Below are positions 1 to 9,535 of a stretch of 64,000 bases of DNA, one piece after another; the stretch's first letter is position 1, and every line of letters starts with the position of its first letter. The notes under the pieces are model-generated. The model worked only from the letters and a program-made list of their open reading frames with translations. It was not told the DNA's origin and did not search any database. This stretch comes from Gemmatales bacterium (GTDB taxonomy: Bacteria; Planctomycetota; Planctomycetia; Gemmatales; HRBIN36). A program made the position numbers and the translations under genes. The stretch covers positions 32,001-96,000 of the forward strand of contig JBEPZY010000004.1 of the NCBI GenBank assembly GCA_041640595.1, given 5' to 3'.

Positions 1-45
1 ATTCCTGCGCTGGCGGATGCGACTTGGATCTGGGGAGGAGCGATT

Positions 46-954
46 ATGCAACTGGGATTTGTCAGTGCCATCCTGCCGGACTGTTCGCTGGAAGAAGTCC
101 TGAAGATTGCCCGCGACGAAGGGTTCGGTTGTGTCGAACTCATGTGCTGGCCAGTCGGCAAAGCGGAACGGCGTTATGCTGGAGTTACGCACATTGACGT
201 TACTCGCCTGGATGATGGCGAAGTCCAGCGCATTCGGGAACTGCTCGAGCGCTACCGTGTTGGCATTTCCGGGCTGGGTTATTACCCGAACCCGCTCGAT
301 CCGGATGGCGAACATCGTCGCCGCGTCGTCGAACATTTGAAGCAGGTAATCACAGCGGCGGCGAAGCTGGGCGTGGGTGTGGTCAACACGTTTATCGGTC
401 GGGATTGGCGGTTGAGCATTGAGGACAACTGGCCGAGGTTGCGCGAGGTTTGGCCCGACATTATAGCACACGCGGAGAAACAGGGCGTGCGCATCGGCAT
501 CGAAAACTGCCCGATGTTATTTACGCTGGACGAATGGCCGGCAGGGAAAAACCTGGCGATGTGCCCGGCCGTGTGGCGACGGTTGTTCGCCGAGTTTCCG
601 ACGCCGTACCTCGGCCTGAATCTCGATCCGTCGCATCTGGTCTGGTTGATGATTGACCCGGTGCCGTGCATTCACGAATTTGGCTCGCGGCTGGTGCATA
701 TTCACGCCAAAGACGCCCGGCTGGATCGGGATAAGCTGCAAGACGTCGGTGTGCTCGGTTTGGGCTGGCACACGCCGAAATTGCCGGGTTTAGGAGATGT
801 GCGCTGGGGAGCGTTCTTCGCAGCTTTGAACGACGTGCGTTATAACGGCCCGGTGTGCATCGAGGTGGAAGATCGCGCCTTTGAAGCCACGCTGACCGAT
901 CGCATCCGCGCTTTACGCCAGAGCCGACGGTTTCTGGAACAATTCGTTTCCTAG
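46..954 (+). CDS. Sugar phosphate isomerase/epimerase (xylose isomerase-like TIM barrel)
   Basis: 302-aa ORF with GIENCP, LNLDPSH, HIHAKD and IEVED metal-binding motifs; SD ggagg upstream. Confidence 0.85.
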   Translation: MQLGFVSAILPDCSLEEVLKIARDEGFGCVELMCWPVGKAERRYAGVTHIDVTRLDDGEVQRIRELLERYRVGISGLGYYPNPLDPDGEHRRRVVEHLKQVITAAAKLGVGVVNTFIGRDWRLSIEDNWPRLREVWPDIIAHAEKQGVRIGIENCPMLFTLDEWPAGKNLAMCPAVWRRLFAEFPTPYLGLNLDPSHLVWLMIDPVPCIHEFGSRLVHIHAKDARLDRDKLQDVGVLGLGWHTPKLPGLGDVRWGAFFAALNDVRYNGPVCIEVEDRAFEATLTDRIRALRQSRRFLEQFVS

Positions 955-1138
955 CGGCCGGATTTCCTTTGCCGGGGAAATCAGCCCACGGGTCGAAAAA
1001 ACGGTCTCGGCAAGCTCGGTCTGAGTGGTGGTGGCTAGGTTGTGCCGCGAACGGTGCTACAATTTGGCCAGAACGTCCAGGTTTTCACTGGGATGCCCCA
1101 TCTGAACGAACCGAATCCCTGCGAGGATACTTGCGAAG

Positions 1139-2440
1139 ATGGAAGCGCTAGGTATCGCCATGCTGGGTTGCGGCACCGTAGGCAGCGGTGTGGCCCAGCT
1201 TTTGCTCGAGCAGCAGGAACGCTTGTTCCGACGCGCCGGCCGACCGCTGGTGCTGCGGCGAGTACTGGTACGCCAGCCTGACAAACCGCGACCGGTTTTC
1301 CTGCCGCCGCAGTTGATTACCACGGAATTTGCCGACATTTTGAACGATCCGGAGATTCGGGTGGTGATCGAACTGATGGGCGGCCTGGAACCAGCGCGGC
1401 AGTATATCGTGCGAGCATTGCAGGCAGGCAAGGACGTGATCACCGCCAACAAAGCGGTCCTGGCGTATCACGGCGAAGAGATTTTCGAGACGGCCCGACG
1501 CCACGGACGCGCGGTAGCGTTTGAAGCCAGTGTCGGGGCTGGAATTCCCATTATTGCCGCACTTGCGGAAGAACTTGCCGCCAATCAAATCCTGAGCATC
1601 CAGGCTATCCTCAACGGCACGAGCAACTTTATTCTCACGCAGATGGTGGAAAACGGGGTCAGCTACGAACAGGCACTGGCGGAGGCTCAGCGACGCGGTT
1701 ATGCCGAAGCTGATCCGACCCTCGACGTCAGCGGCGCAGATGCCGCTCACAAGTTGGCGATTCTGGCTCGTCTGGCCTTCGGACCCGGTCCTGGCGTGCA
1801 TGACATCTATTGCCGGGGCATTGACGGGTTGCAGCTGGCCGACCTCCGCTTCGCTCAGGAACTCGGCTATACCATCAAACTCCTTGCGGAAGCCTGGTTG
1901 CAGGACGGGCAGGTGGCACTGCATGTGGAGCCGACCTTGATTCATCACCTGGCCCCGCTGGCCCAGGTGCGAGGCGTGTACAACGCCATTCTGGTTCGCG
2001 GCGATGTGGTCGGGCAAACGCTGTACGCTGGGCGTGGTGCCGGGCAGATGCCCACCGCCAGCGCTGTCCTCGCGGATTTGATTGACCTGGCCATCGGGCG
2101 GGCTCAACTGACGTTTCGCTCCCTGCGTCTGTGGGAGAACCATCAGCGTTTGCCGCTGCGACCCCCGGAAGCGATCCGCAGCCGTTTTTACCTTCGCATC
2201 ACAGTCGAGGATCGGCCCGGCGTGATCGGCGAGGTGGCGACGATTCTCGGCAAACACCAGGTCAGCATTGCCTCCGTCATTCAACATGAGGCGCTGGACG
2301 AACATGCCGGATTGGCGGTGCCTGTGGTGATCATGACCCACACCACGAACCTTTCCGCATTCCGTGCTGCTGTCGAACAAATTGATCGTCTGCGCTGTGT
2401 CGCCGCTCCCAGCGTGTATTACCCCGTTGCCGATGCCTGA
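1139..2440 (+). CDS. hom: Homoserine dehydrogenase with C-terminal ACT domain
   Basis: GCGTVGSG NAD-binding loop, VITANKA, FEASVGAGIP, GYAEADP, GAGQMPTASAV; ACT motif DRPGVIGEVATILG. Confidence 0.96.
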   Translation: MEALGIAMLGCGTVGSGVAQLLLEQQERLFRRAGRPLVLRRVLVRQPDKPRPVFLPPQLITTEFADILNDPEIRVVIELMGGLEPARQYIVRALQAGKDVITANKAVLAYHGEEIFETARRHGRAVAFEASVGAGIPIIAALAEELAANQILSIQAILNGTSNFILTQMVENGVSYEQALAEAQRRGYAEADPTLDVSGADAAHKLAILARLAFGPGPGVHDIYCRGIDGLQLADLRFAQELGYTIKLLAEAWLQDGQVALHVEPTLIHHLAPLAQVRGVYNAILVRGDVVGQTLYAGRGAGQMPTASAVLADLIDLAIGRAQLTFRSLRLWENHQRLPLRPPEAIRSRFYLRITVEDRPGVIGEVATILGKHQVSIASVIQHEALDEHAGLAVPVVIMTHTTNLSAFRAAVEQIDRLRCVAAPSVYYPVADA

Positions 2441-2460
2441 ACCCTGCCGTGATTGTGGTA

Positions 2461-2572
2461 CCGCAATGGCAGCGGGGTCTCCGGAAGAACGTCGGCAGCA
2501 CAGGTCGACTCGAGGAGCGAAAAAGCAGCTTCCCCGCAATGGCAACGGGGGTCTCTGGCAGAACATCGGCAG
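2461..2572. repeat. Pair of imperfect 38-39-bp direct repeats, 73-bp period
   Basis: ccgcaatggcagcggggtctccggaagaacgtcggcag (2461-2498) vs ccgcaatggcaacgggggtctctggcagaacatcggcag (2534-2572). Confidence 0.75.
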
Positions 2573-2621
2573 TCTCCGGCGCCTTTGCTTAACCGACCCG
2601 GCAAGTGCGTTTTCCGAATCG

Positions 2622-3294
2622 CACGGCGGACTGACGCCCGCCGCTCTTGTGCACATGCGTTTGTACATCCCAAATGTCGTATTCTGCGCCGAACGGACGT
2701 GGTGCAATTAAGAGCGGCTGGCGTAAGCCAGCCGTGATGTGGGGAACGCACTTGCAAGTGATCTGCGAGAAATCGCGGACATCATTCGACCGACCAAACA
2801 CACGGCGGGCTGACGCCCGCCGCTCTTGTTCGTCAGTCGCATCGTCGTCGAATGGTGGGCGATTTTCGCCGCACTGCGTTCGGTTTACCGACCACGGCGG
2901 GCTGACGCCCGCCGCTCTTGTGGGCATGCGTATGTACATCGCAAAAATCGGTTTTTCGTCGGCGGACATTCGCACGGCAACAGAAGAGCGGGGGGCGTAA
3001 GCCCCCCGTGGGGTGCATTCGATGCGAACGCGAAACGCGGAAATTCGTCTCATTGCAATTGCAGACGCGGGTTTACAAACACCACGCCGGGCTAACGCCC
3101 GCCGCTCTTGTTCGTCCGTCGCATCGTCGTCGAATGGTGGGCGATTTTCGCCGCACCGCGTTCGGTTTACCGACCACAGCGGGCTGACGCCCGCCGCTCT
3201 TGTTCGTCCGTCGCATCGTCGTTGAATGGTGGGCGATTTTCGTCGCACCGCGTTCGGTTTACCGACCACGGCGGGCTCACGCCCGCCGCTCCTG
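2622..3294. repeat. REP/BIME-like palindromic repeat cluster (8 units, both orientations)
   Basis: Unit CACGGCGGGC-TGAC-GCCCGCCGCTCTTG at 2622, 2801, 2893, 3083, 3175, 3267 (+) and 2710-2736, 2984-3010 (-). Three 92-bp periods share a near-identical 64-bp linker. Confidence 0.93.
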
Positions 3295-3658
3295 GTTGTT
3301 CCGGCGTGTTGCTCTCGCGATTGATTGCGTGCTAAACTTCCTACACGAGCCTGCGGCCACCGGTAAGGCTTTCCGATTCTCCGGAAACACTCAAAAAGCA
3401 ACGGGAAGCAAGCACCAACCGATAGGACTGACCCAGCCTTCAGACATATTACAAAAACGACGTCATTCGTGGCCGCAATTGCTGGAGCCACCGACTTTCC
3501 CGACCTCCAAAAATACAAAAACGCACGCACTTGGCTCGGAGTGCGGCTTACCCGCCAGCGCTCGTGTGTCGGTGAACGCTCGATTAGCGGCAATGGTCGA
3601 ATCGCCACGATAGCCTCACGGTCTCGAGTTACGGCAACCGTGTCGGGGAGATGACACC

Positions 3659-4135
3659 ATGACCTTTCGCGACGGTGAAATTGACGGCGTCCTGTGTTAC
3701 CCGCTGAAACGTTACGAGGATGCTCGCGGCTGGCTGGTGGAATTGTTTCGCTACGATGAAATTCCACCGGTCAATTATCCGCAGATGGCCTACGTTTCCA
3801 TGACCTTGCCCGGCGTAGTGCGGGGCCCGCACGAACATCGCTTTCAATACGATTTGTTCTGCTTTCTCGGTCCGTCGGATTTTCGCCTGTATCTGTGGGA
3901 CAACCGCGAAATTTCACCTACCTATCGAGTGCGGCAGGTGCTGGTGGTGGGAGAAAGCCGACCGATGGCGGTGATTGTTCCGCCGGGCGTCGTGCATGCC
4001 TATCGCAACATCGGCAGTGTGCCGGGTTGGGTGTTCAACGCACCGAACCAGCTTTACGCCGGGTGGAAACGCTCTCAGACCGTGGATGAGATTCGCCACG
4101 AAAACCGTCCCGACTCACCTTTCCGCGTGGACTGA
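3659..4135 (+). CDS. dTDP-4-dehydrorhamnose 3,5-epimerase family (RmlC-like cupin)
   Basis: DARGWLVELFR, GVVRGPHEH and VPPGVVHAYRN motifs. Confidence 0.85.
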   Translation: MTFRDGEIDGVLCYPLKRYEDARGWLVELFRYDEIPPVNYPQMAYVSMTLPGVVRGPHEHRFQYDLFCFLGPSDFRLYLWDNREISPTYRVRQVLVVGESRPMAVIVPPGVVHAYRNIGSVPGWVFNAPNQLYAGWKRSQTVDEIRHENRPDSPFRVD

Positions 4136-4308
4136 GGCAGTGCGTCTGGCTCGCGGCATCACCCGCGTGAGTTTCCACCGGAGGCGAAGCAGTGGTTCTG
4201 CTGTTTCCCTGCGATGCAGATAAACCGCATTGACAGAAGCAGCGGGCGTTCTTATATGCCACGTCCGCTTCAGCCAACGACCCTGCCAGCGCTATTCGGG
4301 AAACCGCC

Positions 4309-4665
4309 ATGACTGATGCCGACACCACCGTTCAACAGCTTCGCGAAGCCATGCAGCAGTTCGTCGCCGAACGCCAGTGGGAACGCTACCACGCTCCAAA
4401 AAACCTCGTCATGGGTCTGGCAATCGAAACCGCCGAACTCATGGAGCATTTCCTCTGGCTGGATGTCGAGGAATCGCGGCAACGGGGGAACGATCCTCGA
4501 TACCGTGAAGCCATCGCTGACGAACTGGCGGATGTCTGCTGCTACGTGCTGGCCCTGGCCAACGCACTCCAGCTCGACCTGAGCGCAGCCGTGGAGGCGA
4601 AACTGGAGAAAAACGCTCGTAAATATCCGGTCGAACGCTACCGGGGTCGCTTCGAGCCGGATTAG
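4309..4665 (+). CDS. MazG-like nucleotide pyrophosphohydrolase (dCTPase-like)
   Basis: ERQWERYHAPKNL, ETAELMEHF, DELADV, KLEKNARKYP. Confidence 0.9.
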   Translation: MTDADTTVQQLREAMQQFVAERQWERYHAPKNLVMGLAIETAELMEHFLWLDVEESRQRGNDPRYREAIADELADVCCYVLALANALQLDLSAAVEAKLEKNARKYPVERYRGRFEPD

Positions 4666-4770
4666 ACACGCCTACGGGTGCGGGGAGACCTCCGCCTTTT
4701 CGGGGTCGGGAAAGATGGGGCTGGCCTCGACGATTCCTGTCGGGCCGATTTCAAACGGGGGAAGCTGCCC

Positions 4771-5280
4771 ATGAAACGGGCCTCCATTCGGGGTCAATCG
4801 CTCGCCGTCCAGATTCGCTGGATGATCAAACGCGATATGCCGGAAGTTCTCGCCATCGAGCAAGCCAGTTTTGACATTCCCTGGACCGAAGAAGATTTCC
4901 TCAACGCCCTGCGACAGCGCAACTGTATCGGTATGGTAGCAGAAAGTAATGACTGCCTGGTTGGCTTCGTTATTTATGAGCTACAAAAGCACCAGTTCAT
5001 GTTGCTCAACCTGGCGGTGCATCCACAATATCGCCGTCGCGGAGTCGGTCGGCAATTGGTGGAGCGGCTGATCAGCAAACTATCCCAACACCGCCGCGAC
5101 AAAATCACTCTGGAGGTGCGGGAACGCAATTTAACGGCACAGTTGTTTTTCAAGGCCCTGGGTTTCCAGGCGGTGCGGGTGCTGCGCGAATACTACCCCG
5201 ACACTGGCGAAGACGCTTATGTCATGCAATACCGCCTGTCCGATGCCCAACAACTCAGTTGCCGACGCCAGGCCGCCTGA
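4771..5280 (+). CDS. rimI: Ribosomal protein S18-alanine N-acetyltransferase (GNAT)
   Basis: IEQASF..PW, NLAVHPQYRRRGVG, LEVRERN, YYPDTGEDA. Start placed at ATG 4771 rather than the upstream GTG. Confidence 0.88.
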   Translation: MKRASIRGQSLAVQIRWMIKRDMPEVLAIEQASFDIPWTEEDFLNALRQRNCIGMVAESNDCLVGFVIYELQKHQFMLLNLAVHPQYRRRGVGRQLVERLISKLSQHRRDKITLEVRERNLTAQLFFKALGFQAVRVLREYYPDTGEDAYVMQYRLSDAQQLSCRRQAA

Positions 5281-5384
5281 TCGGTTCCGCGGCCACTAAC
5301 TCGAACAACACGGGTGCACACGTTGGCCTTCCCGGAATGGCAGAAGCTGAGCCGGCCGGTTCGAACATGGCTATCCGCCGGGGC

Positions 5385-5423
5385 AAAGAAAAAACCAGGG
5401 GCGACCGGAAAAGTCGCCCCTGG
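5385..5423 (-). terminator. Rho-independent terminator downstream of the beta-barrel gene
   Basis: 11-bp stem ccaggggcgac/gtcgcccctgg (5395-5423) preceded on + by an A-rich tract, which reads as a U-tract on -; 40 bp after the stop at 5464. Confidence 0.8.
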
Positions 5424-5463
5424 CAGTCAGCACTCAGACCCGATGCCGGATAGTGTCGGCGGA

Positions 5464-6561
5464 TTACCACCTGAATTCGATACCCACCGACGGGCCGTGA
5501 TAGATGATGTCGCCGTTGTCCTTGAGGTTGGTGCGAGCGTTGAGCGGCAGCGGGCTGTTGTCGAGGTTTTCCGGAGCCAGCGCCAGGCCGGCCACGTAAA
5601 TCAGGTCGTAACCGCCACGCACGGCAATATTCGGCGTGACCCAGTAGGTGATGTAGGCACCGATTTCGATCAGACCGGCCAAGCGGTTGTCATCTTCATC
5701 CGTGATGGCGTCGGTAATCGGGCCACCGCCGGTCGGATTGTTGAAGAAGCGGCTGGACTGCTTCGCCGAGTTGATGAACAAACCGCTCTTGCCACGCACG
5801 CCCACCAGCAGATTGTTCCAGAACACTGGATAGGAAGCATCGGCACCGACTTGCAGACCGAGCAGGTGGTTCTTGGTGTTGACCTGGTACAGGCCGAATC
5901 CCGGGCCGAATGGCACAGTGGTGTTATCATCGAGCGAGTAGAAGCCGAATTTATCGCGGATATAGACGTAGCGGAAACCGACCAGGGTAGAGAGGTAGGG
6001 GTTGTACCAGTGGCGGAGATTCAATTCGATGTTGTGTAATCGCGATTCGTACACGAAGCCGTGCTCGAAAGCGTCGGTGAATGAAGTGTCATCCAGCCCG
6101 CCGACGACACCGAACTGGCCCCAGTACGGCTGCAGTGTCTCGTTGGCATCCTGAACGCGGGCTGCCTTGCGCCAATCCTGCATGCCAAAATAGACAGCTT
6201 CTATGCCGGTATCGCGATCGAGCATCATGCCCACGAGGAACCGCCCGCCGATTTCATGGTCAAATTCGCCAGCATCGCTGGAGAGCACAAAAACGGGCAC
6301 GTCGTTGAAGGTAAGGTTCTCGCGACGGGAGTCGGTGCGCCGTAACCACAAAGCCTCCGCACTGCCATACAACCAGCTGCAGCCGTGGTCACCGCACTGA
6401 TGCCAGTTATCGGGCACGCCCTGCAAGTGATGCTGGCTCAGTAGCTGCGGTTGTGCCGGTTGCGGTGCGGGTGGTTTGAGCGGATCCGCCGCCCACACGC
6501 CGCTCCCCGCCAGGACTACCGTCGCGCTGGCTAACGCCGCCTTGACTTTTTTCCACATCAT
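5464..6561 (-). CDS. Planctomycete outer-membrane beta-barrel protein (BBP7-like)
   Basis: Signal peptide (…SGVWA), alternating beta-strand pattern, C-terminal HGPSVGIEFRW; SD aggagg before ATG 6561. Confidence 0.75.
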   Translation of the reverse strand: MMWKKVKAALASATVVLAGSGVWAADPLKPPAPQPAQPQLLSQHHLQGVPDNWHQCGDHGCSWLYGSAEALWLRRTDSRRENLTFNDVPVFVLSSDAGEFDHEIGGRFLVGMMLDRDTGIEAVYFGMQDWRKAARVQDANETLQPYWGQFGVVGGLDDTSFTDAFEHGFVYESRLHNIELNLRHWYNPYLSTLVGFRYVYIRDKFGFYSLDDNTTVPFGPGFGLYQVNTKNHLLGLQVGADASYPVFWNNLLVGVRGKSGLFINSAKQSSRFFNNPTGGGPITDAITDEDDNRLAGLIEIGAYITYWVTPNIAVRGGYDLIYVAGLALAPENLDNSPLPLNARTNLKDNGDIIYHGPSVGIEFRW

Positions 6562-6772
6562 ACTTGACCTCCTGCACTCCTTTGTGACTGAAGGGGTCTC
6601 CCCTGGATGGCCCCTGTCCTTGCGCCTGGTAAGACCATTTCGCACTGGTCAATAAAAACCATCGGCTAAACGGTGGGGCAGACGCTTTGCATTTGGAATA
6701 AAAACCGTAAATCGCTTACACCTGGGATCGGCGCAACCGGCACACTTTAACAAACTTAGCGGAAGGCGGGAA

Positions 6773-7519
6773 TTAACTCTCAGTGCGTTTCGGGGCAGGT
6801 GTGTGGCTGACCGGCTTGGAGTTGCACGGCGAACTGCGCTGGCGACTCCGTAACTCTGCCTGTTGCCGACGCCACTGGGCAATTTTCTGGTGGTTACCGC
6901 TGAGCAGGATTTCGGGCACAGCCAGACCGCGAAACACGCGCGGGCGGGTGTACTGGGGATATTCCACCAGGCCCGGTTCGGCGTGAGATTCCTCCAGAAC
7001 GCTTTGCGACTTGCCCAGCACACCAGGCACCAGTCGGATCACCGTATCAATGATCACCATGGCCGGGACCTCGCCGCCATTGCAAACATAATCCCCGATG
7101 GAAATTTCCTGCGGCTGAAGCAGTAAGCGGATCCGTTCGTCGAAACCTTCATAGCGGCCACACAGCAGCATCAAACGGCGATGACGGGCCAGTTCTTGTA
7201 CCAGAGGCTGGGTCAGACGCTCTCCGGCCGGGGTCAGCATGACAATATGAGCAGGAGATTCGGCCTGGGCTTGAACTGCCTCGACTGCGGCGATCACCGG
7301 TTCGCACATCAGCACCATGCCCGGTCCGCCTCCGTAAGGGCGATCATCTACGTTTTTCCGCTTGCCTTTGGCCCAATCGCGGAAATTCCAGAGATGAACT
7401 TCCACCAGCCCGCGATCAATCGCGTGTCGCAGGATGCTCTGGCTCAGGTAGCCGGTGAATATCTCCGGAAACAAAGTCAGCACGTCAAAGCGAATCGGCA
7501 TGCGTTTCCTTTGCGGCAA
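6773..7519 (-). CDS. trmD: tRNA (guanine37-N1)-methyltransferase
   Basis: FDVLTLFPE, VDDRPYGGGPGMV, CGRYEGFDER, EISIGDYV, EYPQYTRP, LLSGNH. Confidence 0.97.
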   Translation of the reverse strand: MPQRKRMPIRFDVLTLFPEIFTGYLSQSILRHAIDRGLVEVHLWNFRDWAKGKRKNVDDRPYGGGPGMVLMCEPVIAAVEAVQAQAESPAHIVMLTPAGERLTQPLVQELARHRRLMLLCGRYEGFDERIRLLLQPQEISIGDYVCNGGEVPAMVIIDTVIRLVPGVLGKSQSVLEESHAEPGLVEYPQYTRPRVFRGLAVPEILLSGNHQKIAQWRRQQAELRSRQRSSPCNSKPVSHTPAPKRTES

Positions 7520-7664
7520 AATTGACTTGGTTACATGCGGTTCTGACTGTGCGGTTCGGCCAGCAGGTTATTCCCGGCGATGCTGTTTCCCAGCCAGCAC
7601 CGCGGCGCTAACTGCTGCCCGGCTAACCTATTTTACTTTCGCCTGTAAACCTGTAACAATTCAT

Positions 7665-7693
7665 TCAAGTTACACCGCCGACCTGACCGATAC
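7665..7693 (+). promoter_or_regulatory. Possible sigma28/FliA-like promoter, leaderless transcript
   Basis: TCAAGTT…ACCGATAC ending 8 nt before ATG 7701, which has no SD; spacing is looser than the canonical TAAA-N15-GCCGATAA. Confidence 0.3.
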
Positions 7694-7700
7694 AACCGAT

Positions 7701-8429
7701 ATGCTTGCGTGCGCCCGCATAATCGGCAGTCTAAGCGTTGGCCTGGGAATGCTTCTATGCTGCGCCGGTTGTGCTCTGAGCGAAGCTCAGCGGGTGCGTA
7801 GCGAATTGCTGACTGCCCACTCTATAGGCACTGCCAGCGAGGACCCGCCAGGGGAGTATCAACTCGGCTGCGGCGACGTTGTCCTGGTGCGGTTCGCCCA
7901 GCAACCTGCCTGGAACGGTGCGTATCGAATACTGCCACATGGTTGTGCGGTGCTACCGGAAATTGGCGCCGTGCAACTGGCCGGATTAACCACCGGTCAG
8001 GCCGCCGAACATCTTCATACCCTTGTCGGCCCAAAAGCCGGGCCGGTATCTGTCGAAGTGCTCACTTTCGATAGCCAGGTTGTCTATGTAGTCGGCGAGG
8101 TTCAGGGAGGTAGCCGGGCTCTTCCTTATAAGGGGCCGGAGACCGTCGTCGAGCTTCTCCAGCGTGCCGGTGGCTTGACCGAAAACGCCGACCCGACCAG
8201 CATTCGCATCTATCGTCGATTTCCCCGCTCGAACGAGGAAGAAGTGCTCCAGGTCAACCTGCACACCATCCTTCTGCAAAAAGACTGGCGACACAACTAC
8301 TATATCCAACCGTTTGACCGCGTGGTTGTGCCACGCAACCAGTGGGCTCGTTTTTGCGATTGCCTGCCAGGGTTCTGGAGGCGTTTAGTTATGCGTCAAA
8401 AAGGTAACGGAGCAAATTCGATTCCATAA
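7701..8429 (+). CDS. Polysaccharide biosynthesis/export (Wza-like) lipoprotein with SLBB domain
   Basis: Lipobox-like LLCCAGC, YQLGCGDVV, G..LPEIGAVQLAGLT, VYVVGEV, LLQRAGGLT; 3' end overlaps the convergent ald by 34 bp. Confidence 0.8.
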   Translation: MLACARIIGSLSVGLGMLLCCAGCALSEAQRVRSELLTAHSIGTASEDPPGEYQLGCGDVVLVRFAQQPAWNGAYRILPHGCAVLPEIGAVQLAGLTTGQAAEHLHTLVGPKAGPVSVEVLTFDSQVVYVVGEVQGGSRALPYKGPETVVELLQRAGGLTENADPTSIRIYRRFPRSNEEEVLQVNLHTILLQKDWRHNYYIQPFDRVVVPRNQWARFCDCLPGFWRRLVMRQKGNGANSIP

Positions 8430-9502
8430 GTGTTTGCCACCGCTTGATTGGTCACGCGCCCCTGATAAACATTAACTCCGTAGCGCAAAGCATCGCTCTC
8501 GCGCACGGCTTTCTCCAGGCCTTTATTGGCCAGTTGCAGTACATAAGGCAATGTTACATTGCATAAGGCATAACTGCTGGTGCGACCCACGGCGCCGGGC
8601 ATATTGGTGACGCAGTAATGAACAATCTCGTCCACGATATAGATCGGCTGGCTATGCGTGGTCGGTCGGGAAGTTTCGGTGCATCCTCCCTGATCGATGG
8701 CCACGTCCACAATCACGGCTCCCGGTTTCATCAACTTCAGGTCCTGCTGTTTGATAAGAACCGGGGCACGCGCTCCAGGAATTAGTACCGCTCCAATCAC
8801 CAGATCGGCCAGGGGGAGAGTTTCCAGTAACGTATGGCGATCGCTATAGAGAGTGGTTACGTTTTTTGGCATTACATCGTCTAGATAGCGGAGACGGTCT
8901 AAATTAATGTCGAGAATGGTAACATTAGCTCCTAAGCCAGCGGCTACCTTAGCAGCGTTAGCTCCGACTACACCACCGCCTAAGATGAGAACATGGGCCG
9001 GCAAAACACCAGGCACGCCACCTAATAAAATGCCGCGCCCATCATAGGGTCTTTCTAAGTATTTGGCCCCCTCCTGAATACTCATCCGTCCTGCCACTTC
9101 GCTCATGGGTGTCAGTAACGGCAGCCGACCTTGCTTATCCTGGATGGTTTCATAAGCAATGGCCGTAATACCTGCCCGGAGCATAGCCTCTAATAAAGCG
9201 AAATCTGCAGCGAAATGGAAATAACAAAAGACCATCTGTCCCGCTTGCAAGAGGGGCCATTCCGAGGGCAAAGGCTCCTTGACTTTAACCACGAGTTCGG
9301 CACGGCGATAGATTTCCGCTGCCGATTCGACAATCTCCGCGCCGTGCTGGGCATACTGAGCGTCAGTAATGCCGGAACCGAGTCCTGCTCCGGACTGAAC
9401 AAGCACACGGTGCCCTGCACGCACTAACTCCTCCACTCCCACAGGCAACATCGCCACGCGATATTCGTCGGTCTTAATCTCTTTAGGCACGCCGACGATC
9501 AT
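8396..9502 (-). CDS. ald: Alanine dehydrogenase
   Basis: [51 protein letters not shown]. Confidence 0.97.
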   Translation of the reverse strand: MIVGVPKEIKTDEYRVAMLPVGVEELVRAGHRVLVQSGAGLGSGITDAQYAQHGAEIVESAAEIYRRAELVVKVKEPLPSEWPLLQAGQMVFCYFHFAADFALLEAMLRAGITAIAYETIQDKQGRLPLLTPMSEVAGRMSIQEGAKYLERPYDGRGILLGGVPGVLPAHVLILGGGVVGANAAKVAAGLGANVTILDINLDRLRYLDDVMPKNVTTLYSDRHTLLETLPLADLVIGAVLIPGARAPVLIKQQDLKLMKPGAVIVDVAIDQGGCTETSRPTTHSQPIYIVDEIVHYCVTNMPGAVGRTSSYALCNVTLPYVLQLANKGLEKAVRESDALRYGVNVYQGRVTNQAVANTYGIEFAPLPF

Positions 9503-9535
9503 GGGCAGTGCTCCTTATCTCCAGTCCACCCACCC

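Noticed and set aside
1148..2707. Long antisense ORFs (519 aa here; similar ones opposite the YXWGXW gene, ileS, the peptidase, flgI and flgG)
   Set aside because: Shadow frames expected opposite real genes in GC-rich DNA; no motifs.
2622..3294. CRISPR array
   Set aside because: Linkers are themselves repeated, units occur in both orientations, spacing is irregular, and there are no cas genes.
2364..3767. Overlapping ORFs of 60-392 aa across the repeat cluster
   Set aside because: Translations just recycle the repeat in different frames (HGGLTPAAL, RRADARRSC); no SD or family motif.
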